Shown: positions 13,470 through 25,330 of the stretch, piece by piece
Position numbering within the stretch: the first letter of the stretch is position 1
Layout of the letters: the number at the start of each line of letters is the position of its first letter
DNA from: Camelus dromedarius
Lineage: Eukaryota
Direction of reading: 5' to 3'
Length of the DNA: 64,000 nt
NCBI RefSeq assembly: GCF_036321535.1
Contig: NC_087438.1
Location: 3,908,001-3,972,000 of the forward strand
The notes under the pieces: generated by a model
Told to the model about the DNA's origin: nothing
The model's database searches: none
Seen by the model: the letters and a program-made list of their open reading frames with translations, nothing else
Program-made: the position numbers and the translations under genes

Positions 13470-14660
13470 GGACTTGGGCGCGTCGCCAGGCCCTTTGGAT
13501 ACTTAGCTGGGAGGGGACCCCAGGGCTCCCCGGGGCTGTTTAATTTGCTGCCTCGCGACCCGCACACACAGGCAGACCCTCGCTATGTGCCTCCCTTGGC
13601 TCTTCCTGTCTGGGAGGACGCACGTGGGGAACAGGGCCGGTGTGGCCTGTGGGACTCCTGCCGTCGGCCGGGATAAGCCACGCTGCCTCCCGGTCCTGGT
13701 GCTTCTCCTGCTCCCGGTGTGAGAGCTCCCACCCGGGACACCTCACTCGGCTTGTCCTGCAGAGGTCACTCTTTCAGCCCCCCTGGGGACACTGTCCCAC
13801 ACGTAAAACACCTGCAGCAGGGGTGGGCCTCGGGGAAGCCAGTGGCCGGTCCCAGGAGAGCTGCGGCCCGGGGGCCTCTGCCCATGTGACAGAGGACAAG
13901 GACTTGAACGTGGGAGTGACGCAGCAGAAGGTGAGGGGACAGCCTGGGGGGGGGGGTCCCCCAGCAAGAAGACCGCCCCGAGCAGGCTGCGGATGTGGTT
14001 CCTCCTGCAGTGAGGATGTCTCAGCCGCATGGCTGTGTCTTTCCAGAGCTCAAGGAGCAGCACTTTCTGAAATCCCACGTCTGCTCGGGAGAGAGATACA
14101 GCAAACGTAGCTAAGGAAACACAGCCAACAGGCTGCAGGCTTTGAAGCCTACATGCTGAGTTGTCACAGACGCACCTGGGCTTCACGGGTCTGACTCCCA
14201 AGTGCAGAGAGGTTTTCTGCCAAATGGAATTCACACAGCTCCACAGAGAAAGGACAGAAACCTGGAGAGAGAAGGACAGCCCCTGAAGGCACCTGGAAGA
14301 GGGGGCACAGGTGGGTGGCGGCCCTTCTGCTGAGTCACCTGCAGTCTGACCATGCCTCTGCACCCGGCAGCCCCGGCTTCACGCGGCACAGGGGTTGTGG
14401 GCTCCGCGGACCCATTCAAATGCTCTTTCTCTGCCAGAAACTCACGGGGAGAGCTCTGAACCACCGTGCTTTCCCCCGTGGGTTCCGTGTGGCTTCAGGA
14501 ACCCCTGAGCAGCAGGGCGGGGTGAACCTGAACTCCCGTTCACGTGGACGAGACCTCACTGGCGTCACCCTCTCCGGCCTGGCTCCAGGGGCGGGTGTGG
14601 GCAGAATCCCGTCTCTGGTTGGCTTGAGGACCATGAGGCGACGGGAAATACATGAATTCT
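13470..14660. promoter_or_regulatory. GC/CpG-enriched segment (weak CpG-island-like, possible enhancer)
   Basis: Visibly raised GC and CpG relative to flanks; contains TGCTGAGTCAC at 14328-14338. Confidence 0.35.
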
Positions 14661-15906
14661 CTGTTCTCCTTTCCTGAAATCATGGTATCTTTATTTTCTT
14701 GGCTCACTTTAGAATGTGAGTTATGTTTTTCATTTTTCAGTTTCTTAGATAATATTGAGTTTATATTTAATCATTTACTATAGAGTTTTGTCATGTTCTG
14801 ACATTGAAATCAGGGTTATTTTATGCAGCTACAAGTGGTTAGCAGGCAGCCACTGTGTCAGGGTTGTGGGGAGTATCGGCGGAGTCTGCTCATGTTGGCC
14901 GAGAGGTGTGTCTGCACATACGTGCTTTGTATGTGCGTGTGTGTGTGAGTGCATCTGCACTGTGTTCTGGAACACAGCATGCATGACCATGGGTGACAGT
15001 TATTGTAGGCTCTGTCAACCTCACCAATGAGACCAGAGGCTTGTTAGAGAAGGCATACCATTTTCATCTTTGCCTTGCTCCCGACCTCCGTAGCTCCCAA
15101 CGCATCCTCAGGCAAATTAAATTAGCCATGAGGTCCTGGGAATGTCCCTTTTGCCTACTACCTTCTTCCCCCACAATCAGCATCCTTGCTTCTGCACAAC
15201 AGAGCATCCTTCTGGTCCACCTGTCAGATCCTCCCTAGGTCCTTCCTACGTGCTCCTCTGTCTGTTTCCCAGATGACACTTCTCATTCCTCATCCGTGCG
15301 ACCTGCCTGAGGGGCCAAGTCCACACCCTCAAGACCCTGCTCTCCTGCAAGATGCCAACTTGGTCCTACAACAGATTTGATTTCAATCCAGCAGGGAGTC
15401 TCTGAAGAAGCCTTGTCTCTCACTCATTGCAACCTCCACTTGCTTAACCAATCTTTGTAGAGAATTTTTATAGAGACTTCTTTGTAGAGACATGAGCAGG
15501 ACATTGTTTTCTTTTTGTTTATGTCCCAGAATTTCAAAGCTGTAAGGAATCTGCAACCACCTGATCTAACTCCCTCATTCTGTAGAGGAAGCTGATTCTT
15601 TCCAGCATCTGTTCCAAGTCCCAGGCCAGGGAGAGAGTGGGGTCTTCCCTCATCCCTCCTTCTACTAGCTCCTGCTCACAGGTGGTTTCTCTCATTCTAG
15701 ACAGACACGGGGGTCCTGTAACGGTGCCTTGCGGGGGGGGACTTAGATGGCCTGGTAATAGAAAACAGCAACATGACAAGCTCAGAGACAGAGTCTCCAG
15801 ACCCATTAGGCACTTTCGCCAGTGATGACTGCAATTAATGACCCTGAGTCGACAAAGAGGGAAACCCAAGTTTGTGAAAATTTGACCTATAAAATTCCAC
15901 ATAAGA

Positions 15907-16430
15907 TAACGTTTTCTCGGCTCATACGTATTGTAGCATTTGTTAGGGCTCCATTCCTATGGCTGAATGATACTCCACTGTGTGTTTTTTAATGTTCATT
16001 TTGTTTATCCATTCATCCGTTGACTCCAGGTTTGTTTCCACCTTCTTGGCTATTGTGAATAGTGCTGTTACGAACATTGGTGTACACTGTTTGAACACCT
16101 GTTTTCAATTCTTTTGGGTGTATACTTAGGAGTGGAATTGATATGCTAAGTGAAAGAAACCAGACACAAAAAGCCACATACTGCGTGATTCCGTTTATAT
16201 GAAATAACCAGATTAGGCAAATCTGTATATACATAAAACAAGCTTGTGAAACCAGGGGCTGGGTTGGGGGAAATGGCAGTGACTGATTAATGAGATTTCT
16301 GTTTGGAATGATACAAAAAAGTTCTGGAACTTCATAGGGGTGATGATTGCACAACATTAGGAATGTACTCAAGGCCACCAAATTGTACAGTTTAAAATGA
16401 TAAAATTTATGTTATGTGTATTTTACCGTT
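15907..16430 (+). mobile_element. L1MB-type 3' end with 5' inversion (about 15907-16140 antisense, 16141-16430 sense)
   Basis: Sense part reads 'atgctaagtgaaagaaaccagacacaaaaagccacatactg...tttatgttatgtgtattttac'. Antisense part reads 'tttccaccttcttggctattgtgaatagtgctg...ggagtggaattg'. Flanking 16-mers match at 12/16. Confidence 0.88.
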
Positions 16431-18359
16431 GAAAATCTACTTAAGAAAATAGAGTTTTGTTTCTTTTAAATGCACAGAGTAAGTTGATTGAGAATTGACA
16501 CAACTTTGTGAGGTATAGATTTTGCAGATTAAATGTAAATGAATAGAGGAAACAGTTGTACATTGAAAACCAATTGCTTTTGCTCAGTATGGGATATGGT
16601 TAACCACAGAAGCCTTACCCTTGTCATACAGCTTAACTTTGCTCTTATTCTCAGAAACATATGCAACAGAGAGCAGGTTTCAGCTCAGCTCTGGTCAAAC
16701 TGCAGCGAGTCCTCAGTCAGTGTGATGAACAAGCAAGGGTTTATTGCATAGTTAATTTATACTTAACATTACATCACATTTTCTCGTCTTTGATGTTCGG
16801 AAGATCAGGCAAGAATAGAGATGAGCCTGTGAATAATCAAGAAACAGATCAATTCTGAAAGCACTGCCCTGCTTTTGTCATTCCTTTTGCTGAGAAGAGG
16901 AAAATTATGTTCTGTCTCTCCCTTTGTCAGATGTATATAAGCCTGAAAACAGATGCCATTCCATTGGTATCATCAAGCTATTAGTGGTGATATAAAAACT
17001 AATGCTCTCCACAGGGGAGAAGCGTTTGGACCACTTTGCAGCTGTGTGCACAGCATATAAACATTTCAGTAATGAAAATGGAATTCAGAGCCAGCAGTCA
17101 ACATTCGATGTGAAAATAAAGCCATACATTTTAGTAAAACTCACTTGCGAAATGTGCTTCTCATCTATGAGCCATATATATGCAAAGACACGGTTATATC
17201 TCACGTTTCTGGCACCATCAAACCGAGGTTGACCTGGCGAACCCCTTCTTGGTCTATAAATATGTCAAAGCATCAAAATTACTTTGCTGATACTTGATTT
17301 TATGGTGCCTAGAACCCAGAGTGACTATTTTCAAAAAATACAATTAAAGTTCTTTCAAAGCAGATGGAAAACTTGCTGAAAGATCTCTTTGTTATAGCAC
17401 TGAACCAGACTTTAAAGATGTCCCGTCTTTCTATCAGAGCCCAGGAAAGTAGAACACAGACAGCAGCCTTCACTGCCTGCAGATCACCCCCAAACTCTGC
17501 TGCTTCCTAATGGGCATTGCACTTGCTTTTAGAACATCCTCTGTGGAGTGAAATGCAGCATGAAGAAGCATTGAAGGGATGTGCTGAGTACAAAAGAGGC
17601 AGATTTCAAGGACACAGCTCCTGGTGTGTTGCTCGGGATGGCTTACCTTTCCCTGGAAGCGGCTTCCCCTGTGGAGCACCCCCCGCCCCAAATTGCTCTT
17701 TACTCTTTAGGACCTCGTCCAGAATTCCTTCCCCGCCCCGAGTTAGATTCACTTCTTCCTTTTACCGCTTTTGCACAGCAGGTGTTTGCCCGCGCCCCCC
17801 GCAAGCAGGTGCACTTGTGCTCTCACCTTTGCACCCCTGGTTCCAAAGCCTGGCAGACAGCTCGCCGATCAAATATGTGAGTGAGTATGTGAATAGATGG
17901 GCAACTGTTCTCTGATTATGCAACACATTGAGATCTGATATGGCTCAGGGGAGTCGTTTTTATGTTTTGTGACTGCTTTACACTGTCACTTGTGCTGTCC
18001 CTTCTGAGGGCACAGACCTTCCTCCTCCAGGATGAGTGTCATGTCCCAGCAGAGAGCTGTGGGGATGTCCCCCGGCTCCCTACCAGGGACCACACCCAGT
18101 ATCTTTACATACAAATACTCCCATATTTACACATACAGACATACATCTTAATACATACAAAGTGGTATTGTGGTCAGCAGTGTCTGTGTTTGTGTGTGTT
18201 GGCTCCAGAATTCACGTACATAAGTGAGTGTTTCTCACTTGAACTGGCGGTAGCACCAGAGAAATGTGTGGTGGAAGTGTCAGCATAATATTTCACCTAA
18301 AAACTGTACAGATGCTGTCACTAATGAGGGGCATTAATGATGAAAGACTAATAACCAGA

Positions 18360-18525
18360 GATAGTCCAGGATCTTCACCGCCTGTGCTATGAAGAATACA
18401 GCATTTAAGCTTTCTCTGCCTTAATTTTCTCAAATGGAAAGTAGAGATGATAAAATTCCCTCCCCTGTGGTGGCATGCAAGGCTTAAATAGCTCATACAG
18501 GTCACCCCTGAGAACAGTGGTTCCA
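18360..18525 (+). mobile_element. MIR SINE
   Basis: MIR core-like 'catttaagctttctctgccttaattttctcaaatggaaagtagagatgataa'. Confidence 0.6.
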
Positions 18526-18813
18526 CAGAGTAAGGGGCTTGTCAATGTCTGCGTTGTGACCGATATCTTTGCCACTCTTCCCTCCACAATGACAAACCTC
18601 AGATCTCTTTGCAGCTAGTGGATTTACTACTCTGTATAAGCATGATCTGATGGGAAAAAAAATAAAGAGAAATTAACAAGTCTATAGCCATTTCAGGAGT
18701 TTTTTTTTTAAATCACACTTCCCAGAAATTAACAGACCCAGTAAACATGCAAGCATAGACGAGTTCTCTTCATACACTCAGAGAAAATCAATGTCCAAAG
18801 ATGAAACTCATAC

Positions 18814-18822
18814 CTGTCGTAT
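18814..18822 (-). other. Candidate 9-nt microexon (ATACGACAG)
   Basis: Minus strand: CCTAAC branch-like motif, AG-free pyrimidine-rich tract with TGC, then CAG|ATACGACAG|GTATGAGT. Confidence 0.25.
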
Positions 18823-18944
18823 CTGATGACAATGCATAAATTATAAAACAGAAGCAAATGGGAGACCAAAATATACATTTGTTAGGAAGTTAATAACTTT
18901 CCAGTAACCCTTTGTCAAAGCCAGATTTCAATTTTTTGAGTTTA

Positions 18945-18999
18945 ATTTTTTAATTAATTTATTTTTATTGAAGTCTAGTTGATTTACAATGCTATGTTC
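18945..18999 (-). mobile_element. Extreme 3' end and A-tail of a cetartiodactyl-type L1
   Basis: 'ttttttaattaatttatttttattgaagtctagttgatttacaatgctatgtt' is the typical reverse-strand L1 terminus in this clade. Confidence 0.6.
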
Positions 19000-21891
19000 A
19001 GATTTTAATTTAAAATATTAAAAATAGTAATGAGTGATGAGGTCACTTCACCTTTCTGTACTTTCTAATTAAGTAAAAAGATACTTTATAAAGGAAGTTA
19101 TTTAAATGTACACATAAAGAAGTTTTATATACAATGAGCAATATAAGCCAGCATTTTGGAAATTCGTCCAGAATACTGAATATTTATAAAAAAGCCCATA
19201 ACTTTTTTAAATCTGAAGTTTGAGTAAACTTGTTTAGAACTTTGGCTTCATTCAGCAAGAACTTGATGGTCTTGACTCAGAAGTAAACAAGGATCCTATG
19301 GAATCTTTTTCTTTGATTTTCTCGAAGCCATATCTTAGTCTCTGAGTGTCTGACGGACCACCCTCCACAAAGCAGACTCCCCAGGATGCTGCTGCAGAGC
19401 TGGCTCCTCCCAGCTGAACTGTGGCGCTGACAGACACAGAAGACGGCCAATGCCAAGGAGTCGGAGGGACGGAAGGAGCTCTGGATTTTAGCCAATTTAT
19501 TTCTCCTACCTTGGTAAACACAAACACAATTAACGGAAGTTTCAGAAAAAATGCAAGCAGTTTTGTATAATTATAAATGTCAACATTTTATCATTATTTA
19601 TCATTCCAAATGTTTAAAGCATTTAAACCATAAAAATAATTCTTTAGCATTTAAAACATTTTAAAACTGTCTTAAAAATGTTTCACAATTTCGCTCTTTA
19701 AAAATGACGCATTAACAACTAAAGAAAACTCTTCTTCCTCATCTTCCTAAAAAATGTATTAAAACCTTAAATTTTCACATTACTTTTCAAGGTGTCTGTG
19801 AATGAGAACATGGAGAGACAACTTATGAAAGATAAGGTGTAGATGGAGGGTCAAAACCAGGAATCACACATGTAGGAAGTAAAGCCGAGGCCCAAGGCTG
19901 GGTGCCGTAGACGAACACAGAGTCCAGGTCACAGGTGGTGGCCTTGTGGAAATGGGAAGCAGGACACACAGAACTGGGGAGGCACCAGCTGTCTGACGCA
20001 CTTTTCAGACTAGGGTGCCAGACGGAAGACCTGGAGCACAAGGCCACCACCCCCTTGACCCAGCCAGTGTGGAGGGGTAGAGCAAGCCGGGGGGCATTCC
20101 CTTGAACATGGGAGCCTTTGGAGGAGACATAGGGGTTGAAACATCTCTTTGAGGGAAGGTTGAATATTGCTGTGGTCAGCCCAGGGCGGGAAGGACAACC
20201 CAGGGCCTTCCTGAGGCATGTTTGGTCTTGGGAAACCCTGTCTCCTTATCCATCCTCACCAACCATCCCTCGGGTACCCCTTACCCACTAGAGGGAGTTT
20301 ACAGGGAGTAGCAGCAGTAAATGCACAGCCCTGTTGGCACTTGTTGGAAAAAGACCCTCGTAATAAAATTACACCACAGGTAGAGGAGGAGAGGGAGAGA
20401 AGGAAAAACCAGCAGGAAAAAAGTGGAGTCATCCCAGGAGCTCTGTGGTCCCAATCGGTGCGAGGAAAGGGTTTAGCAACTTCCTGCCTGCATTCATACA
20501 GACCCTGTCCTAACCTGGAAAGAGACAACAGGATAGCTGACCCAGAAAAAGAAATACAGCGAAACTTGCACTATAAACACACACAGACATTCATATCACA
20601 AGAAGTTAAAAGAAAACAGAAATTGTATTTTAATACCTGACCTAAGAAAAGTGACCAAGTGACTAAGAAAAGTCACTTCTGAGTTTCCTAGTAGTTGAGG
20701 TGAAAAGGGCAAAATACTGGGTTACGCAGATTTCACCTATTTTTCTAGCTAACTGTTCAATAACTGCTTACTCAAATGTAAGCATAAGACAGCTCCTGAC
20801 CATCCCTCACCCACTCCCGCAGCACAGCCTGAGGGTGACCCCATCTGTTTCCTTTTGTTTCTTCTTCCATTGTCCTCCTCCACCGCACAGACAGACAAAC
20901 TGATACAGCACCGCAGAAGGGCTGGCTGAGAAGAGGAAGGACCTACACAGAAAGTGCTGTTTCCCGGTTCCATTCTGAGGGTGCATGTGATGAACGATGT
21001 CCTCCGTGTCAACTGCCTGATAAAATGAAAAGGTATCCCCGTGTCTGGTACTTGGAGACTGTCTCGTCAGGAGCCAGCAGGAAAGAGCTGTCTGGTGCAA
21101 ACCAGTGTCTTTACTGCCTCCTTCCCCTGAATCACATTACTTAATGAGGGATGTGGCTGGGTGGAGCCATGGGGTGTGCAGTGTTCCAGGGCCACCTGAA
21201 CGCTGGGGCTGTCAGTTACCACCTGCAGGGATGAAGAGTTGGGGGAGACCATGGTTACTGGGAGCCAGAACAGAGTCATCCAGAAAGAGCCACCTGGAGA
21301 GGTGCTCTGTCCCTCGGTGAAAAAACGCAACCAGCACAAGTCTCTTTGCAGAAGGGATGCCAAGGGAGGCGAGACCCTGCCTTCCCTCCCTTCCCACCGC
21401 AGACCTGCTGCTGGGGCTCCTCCCTGGCTGAGCCCAACAAGACGTCTGAGAACGAGGGGCCCTCAGTAGGTACGGTCCACCTCCCGGAGCAGGTCTGGAG
21501 GGAAGAGCAAGGATGTCCAGCCTCCATGCAGTAGTGAGCACGGCCAGTGTCGCAGGACAGTGTGATTCACCCTTTGAAGGTCATCCTGCTGAGACCCAGA
21601 GTAAATGGAATTCCAGTGTGTAACATGTGCTTGTGATGCATTTAATAGAGTGAGAAAACTAAATCATCTTGGGAAAATAAATTGTTAACTTTTCCTCTAA
21701 ATCATTCTGCAGGATACTAGCTGTCTGAATGGGGGCTTGATAGAATTTGCCTAGCCGACACGTGACAACAGAGGCTTAGAGCGAGAAATTAAAGAAGAGC
21801 GGGCATCCCGCGACAGACGTCAGGGCTGCAGACGGCCGAAGCGCCGGTTGGGAGGAATGAAGTGTTTCGCTTTGATGGAGGGCTGTTTCAC

Positions 21892-22069
21892 TAGATTTCT
21901 AGATTTAGCAAGTAAAAATAAAGGATCCTCAGATTAATTTAAATTTCAAATAAGCAATGAATTGTTTGATTATAAATATGTCTCGAATATGAGGTGGTAA
22001 AACACTAAAAAATCTGTTTATCCAAAATTCAAATTTCTTTGGACATTATGTTTAGATCTGGCAGCCCTG
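21892..22069. mobile_element. MER53 (hAT-Blackjack, non-autonomous, palindromic)
   Basis: 'agatttagcaagtaaaaataaaggat...aaatttcaaataagcaatg...tgtttatccaaaattcaaattt...atctggcagccct' matches the recalled MER53 consensus. Confidence 0.85.
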
Positions 22070-22286
22070 CACTTCACTGCTGCATGCAGTCAGTTTACAA
22101 GGTCACCGTTTATAAGGCCAGAAATTTTTTTTCTCAGAAGACAGGTTCAAATGTATTCAAACATTGAAATGTGGAGTGGATTCACGGCTCCAAGTTCCAC
22201 AACGTGGCATGGGATCATTTCGAGGTTGGGTTTAACAAACTGTCACCTCTACTATAGCAGAATTTTAACACGGGGACTGTTCACTA

Positions 22287-23182
22287 GTTTATTCATGCAT
22301 TCATTCGGTAAATATTAATTAATGTCTCTTCAGTGCTAGGAATTATTCTAGATGTGGAGGACACAGCAGTAAACACGAGAGACAGCACGTCCGTCTTCAT
22401 CTGCCCTTGTGGTGCTTAGGGTCTGGTGGGAAAAGCAGGTAGCGAGGAAGCAACGTGACCTTAGGTAGTGACCGCACACCACGATGAAAAGCAAAGCGAG
22501 GACACGGGTGGCAGATACTGGGGCTACTTCAGGCGGGCTCTCTCGGGCAGCTTCCCTGCAGAATGGCCGGAGGACAGACATCCACACGAGCAGAGGGCCA
22601 TGCGGGGACCTGGCAGGAGAGCACTCCAAGAGAGCGAGCACCCCAGAGAAGCCCTGAGGTGCAGGGCGGGATGGAGAGGGCCTTCAGGAGGAGTTAGAAG
22701 CCAGAGTGGCTGGGGAGGGGGGAGGGGGAGGGGGAAGCCAGGGAGTCAGGGGGAGCCCAGATCTCTTAGACTTTTAGGCTCTGGTTTAGGGGGAAGAAAA
22801 AGCCAGTGCATGGTTTGGAACTTAAGAACCATATGTTCTGATTTTCATCTAATTTTATTTCACAACTTGATTCAGGATGCTGTGTGGCGAACAGGATGGA
22901 GGAGCAGAACAGGAGAGCAGCTAAGGACTGTGGAGCCCAGGCAGGGTTCACGGTGGCTGGAACTAGGGGCGGCCTAGGTGGTGGGAGGTGGGGCCAGCAG
23001 GATGGGAAGGTGGGTGAGACATGGACACTGAGGGAGAGGAGAAATGGTGAACTCGAAACGTTTGGGTTGAGCAGCTGGATAAAGGGTGATTCTGTTTACT
23101 GAGATGAGGCAGTTTGGGACGCACTGGGTTTTAGGGATGGAGAAATCTAGAGTTCCACACTGAAAATATTGAGTTTGAGATG
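22287..23182 (-). mobile_element. L2 LINE fragment including 3' end
   Basis: (cattcatt) tail followed by 'gtgctaggaattattctagatgtggaggacacagcagtaaac'; purine-rich L2 body ending 'ttgagtttgagatg'. Confidence 0.75.
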
Positions 23183-23800
23183 TAACAGTGTGGAAGGGGG
23201 AAGCAGATCTTCCCTTCATGTACTATGGTCACCAAATTCAGTTTCCTCAGATTGTGTCTTAAAACTTCCGCTTCCAATCTTCTGCTTTCACCCCACCCAT
23301 CCTTCACTCAGCCTGTTGGTGGAAGCTCCTGTGTCTTCTGTATCATTTTTTTTTTTAATTTGCTTTGTTCAACATATTCTCCACACACCAGGCAATCAGT
23401 TCACTTTACTTGCCTTAAAACTTTAGAATAAAATACCCCCTGTAGGAATCTGGGTGACGTGATCTTCACTTGCCTTCATCTCCCCCACCTCATCTGCTCA
23501 CATCACGTTGGTCTGTCCCCAGCCCCAGGTTCCTCCTGAGCTCCCTCGCGACCCAGGGCATGTCATCGCCTCTCCCTGAAGAACCCACACATCTCTCCCC
23601 TGTCTTTTAAATTGCTATTTCCTTATTGTTCCTCAAGTCCCAGTTTAAATGTAATTTACTCAAAAAAGTCTTCCCAGTCCCTTTCCCTCCGAAGTATGTT
23701 CCTCCTTTAACTCAGGCTCTCATTTACTTCTTATCAATGATCATGATTTGCTCTAAGGCTGCCTTTTCCCTCCAGTTCATGGCTGGGGGGCAGGTCTCAC

Positions 23801-23929
23801 CTGTTAGGTTTGCCGATGGGGTCAGCTATGTTGCAGGGCAAGCGAAATCTGCAAGATAAAGGGGTTCCTCATAGGGAAGGCCATCAGAGAAGGAGGCGTA
23901 GTAGGCGTAGTCGTTCTCATTGCGTTTGT
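23801..23929 (-). other. Candidate coding or pseudogenised exon (129 nt, phase 1-1; in-frame TAG at 23826-23828)
   Basis: About 85 nt AG-free upstream then CAG acceptor; CAG|GTGAGA donor. C-rich third codon positions and retained CpGs. Translates as DKRNENDYAYYASFSDGLPYEEPLYLADFACPAT*LTPSANLT. Confidence 0.25.
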
Positions 23930-24459
23930 CTGAATTTACAGCAAGGCATTCGGGAAGCAGAACGTAGCATTTGGCCAAAGACAAAGAGGCAAGTACAAAG
24001 ATAATATTCCGTATCCACTGAGTCCTTTGTGCCTCGTGTGTAGTCAAGTGTGTTCATCAAACCAGATAACAGATTTGATCAGAAATAAACTTAGATCATT
24101 CTGAAAAAGATTTTAAGGGCTGTTAAAACATAATTATAACACATCCTAGAAGGATTGTTCAAACATAGGTGTGAAGTCAGAAAATTATAAAATGACAATT
24201 CTTTCAGGTATTTATCATCATGGAGTTATACACACACGCACGCAGACAAGTATACACGTACATGAATATATATGTATGCACCCACACACACATATATTGA
24301 CACTCATGATATATACACATGGACACACACATAATGCCATTGTATTGCCACACTGCAAGTTTCTTTATGGAATGATCATTTTTCTAAATGACCTATGGTC
24401 TGTTTAGAAAAAATATCTATTCCACTTATAATCCTACTTTTTCTCGGAACCCATAATAA

Positions 24460-24670
24460 CTACCTATTTTGTGCAGGTACTCCTGCCTGCACTAGGGATG
24501 TATCATTCAAAACGACAACAAATGACAACCATGTCAGATGTTGATAGCTGCCAGGGAGCCAAACAGGTTAAGTTTCCAGGGAGAGCCGCTCTTTCGTGTG
24601 GTGGTCAGCAAATGCCTCAGGGAGACAGAAACTTTTTAACAGAGTGTTGCCTCCCTCCCTTCCCCCCCCC

Positions 24671-24713
<43 letters not shown>

Positions 24714-25330
24714 CTGTGGAGGGAGCACACAAAGTGCAAAGAATGGCCCGTGCAAGAGCCCTGGGGCAGGGAGTGTACTTGGCAGAAAAGACAAGGACCC
24801 TCTGTGCCCGCAGGCAGTGGTGAGGGTACTGAGGGCCCTGCAGGGGCCAGGTCACATGGGGACCTTTGTGGCCAACCTAAAGACTTTGGTTTTCCCCACC
24901 CCAGAGTGAGATGAGGAGCATCTGAGGGCATCTGGGAGGGTGATGTGATCTGATCTTCATTTTGAGGGGATAACTCTGACTCTGAGTTGGGAACCAGTGG
25001 TCACAGTGTAGAAGCAGAAAGGCAGGCAGGGCCAGAGGAGTGACCCATTAGGGGATGATGGAGATGTGGGCAGAGGACAGCAATGAGGGTGGTGACCACT
25101 GGTCAGAATCCAGATGTGCTTTGACCCCAGAGATAGGCTGGATATGGGGGTGAGAGGAAGAGAGGAGACCGGCGACCACGTTAGGCTGGAGCAGCTGCTG
25201 AGCGGAGCTGGGCTCACAGATGCGTGTGAGAGCAGGTAAACAGGATGGCGTGGGAGGTACTGATGCTGCTGTTGGCGCTTTTTTATTGGAAAGAATTTCA
25301 GCATTGACAGAAGAACATGCTTGAAAAATA
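24460..25330 (-). mobile_element. L2 LINE fragment
   Basis: L2-like motifs 'gggaacagc/gagcacacaaagtgcaaag', 'gtgatgtgatctgatcttcattttgag', 'gataggctggatatggggg'. Confidence 0.65.
24675..24710. repeat. (CA)n microsatellite
   Basis: Uninterrupted CA run read directly. Confidence 0.95.

Noticed and set aside
17146..17253. Possible minus-strand exon (PRRGSPGQPRFDGARNVRYNRVFAYIWLIDEKHISQ)
   Set aside because: Poor pyrimidine tract, unrecognised peptide and no phase-consistent link I can support.
20943..21016. Strong minus-strand acceptor (ccttttcattttatcag|) with two open frames
   Set aside because: The donor is weak (TAG|gtcctt) and no homology is recognised.
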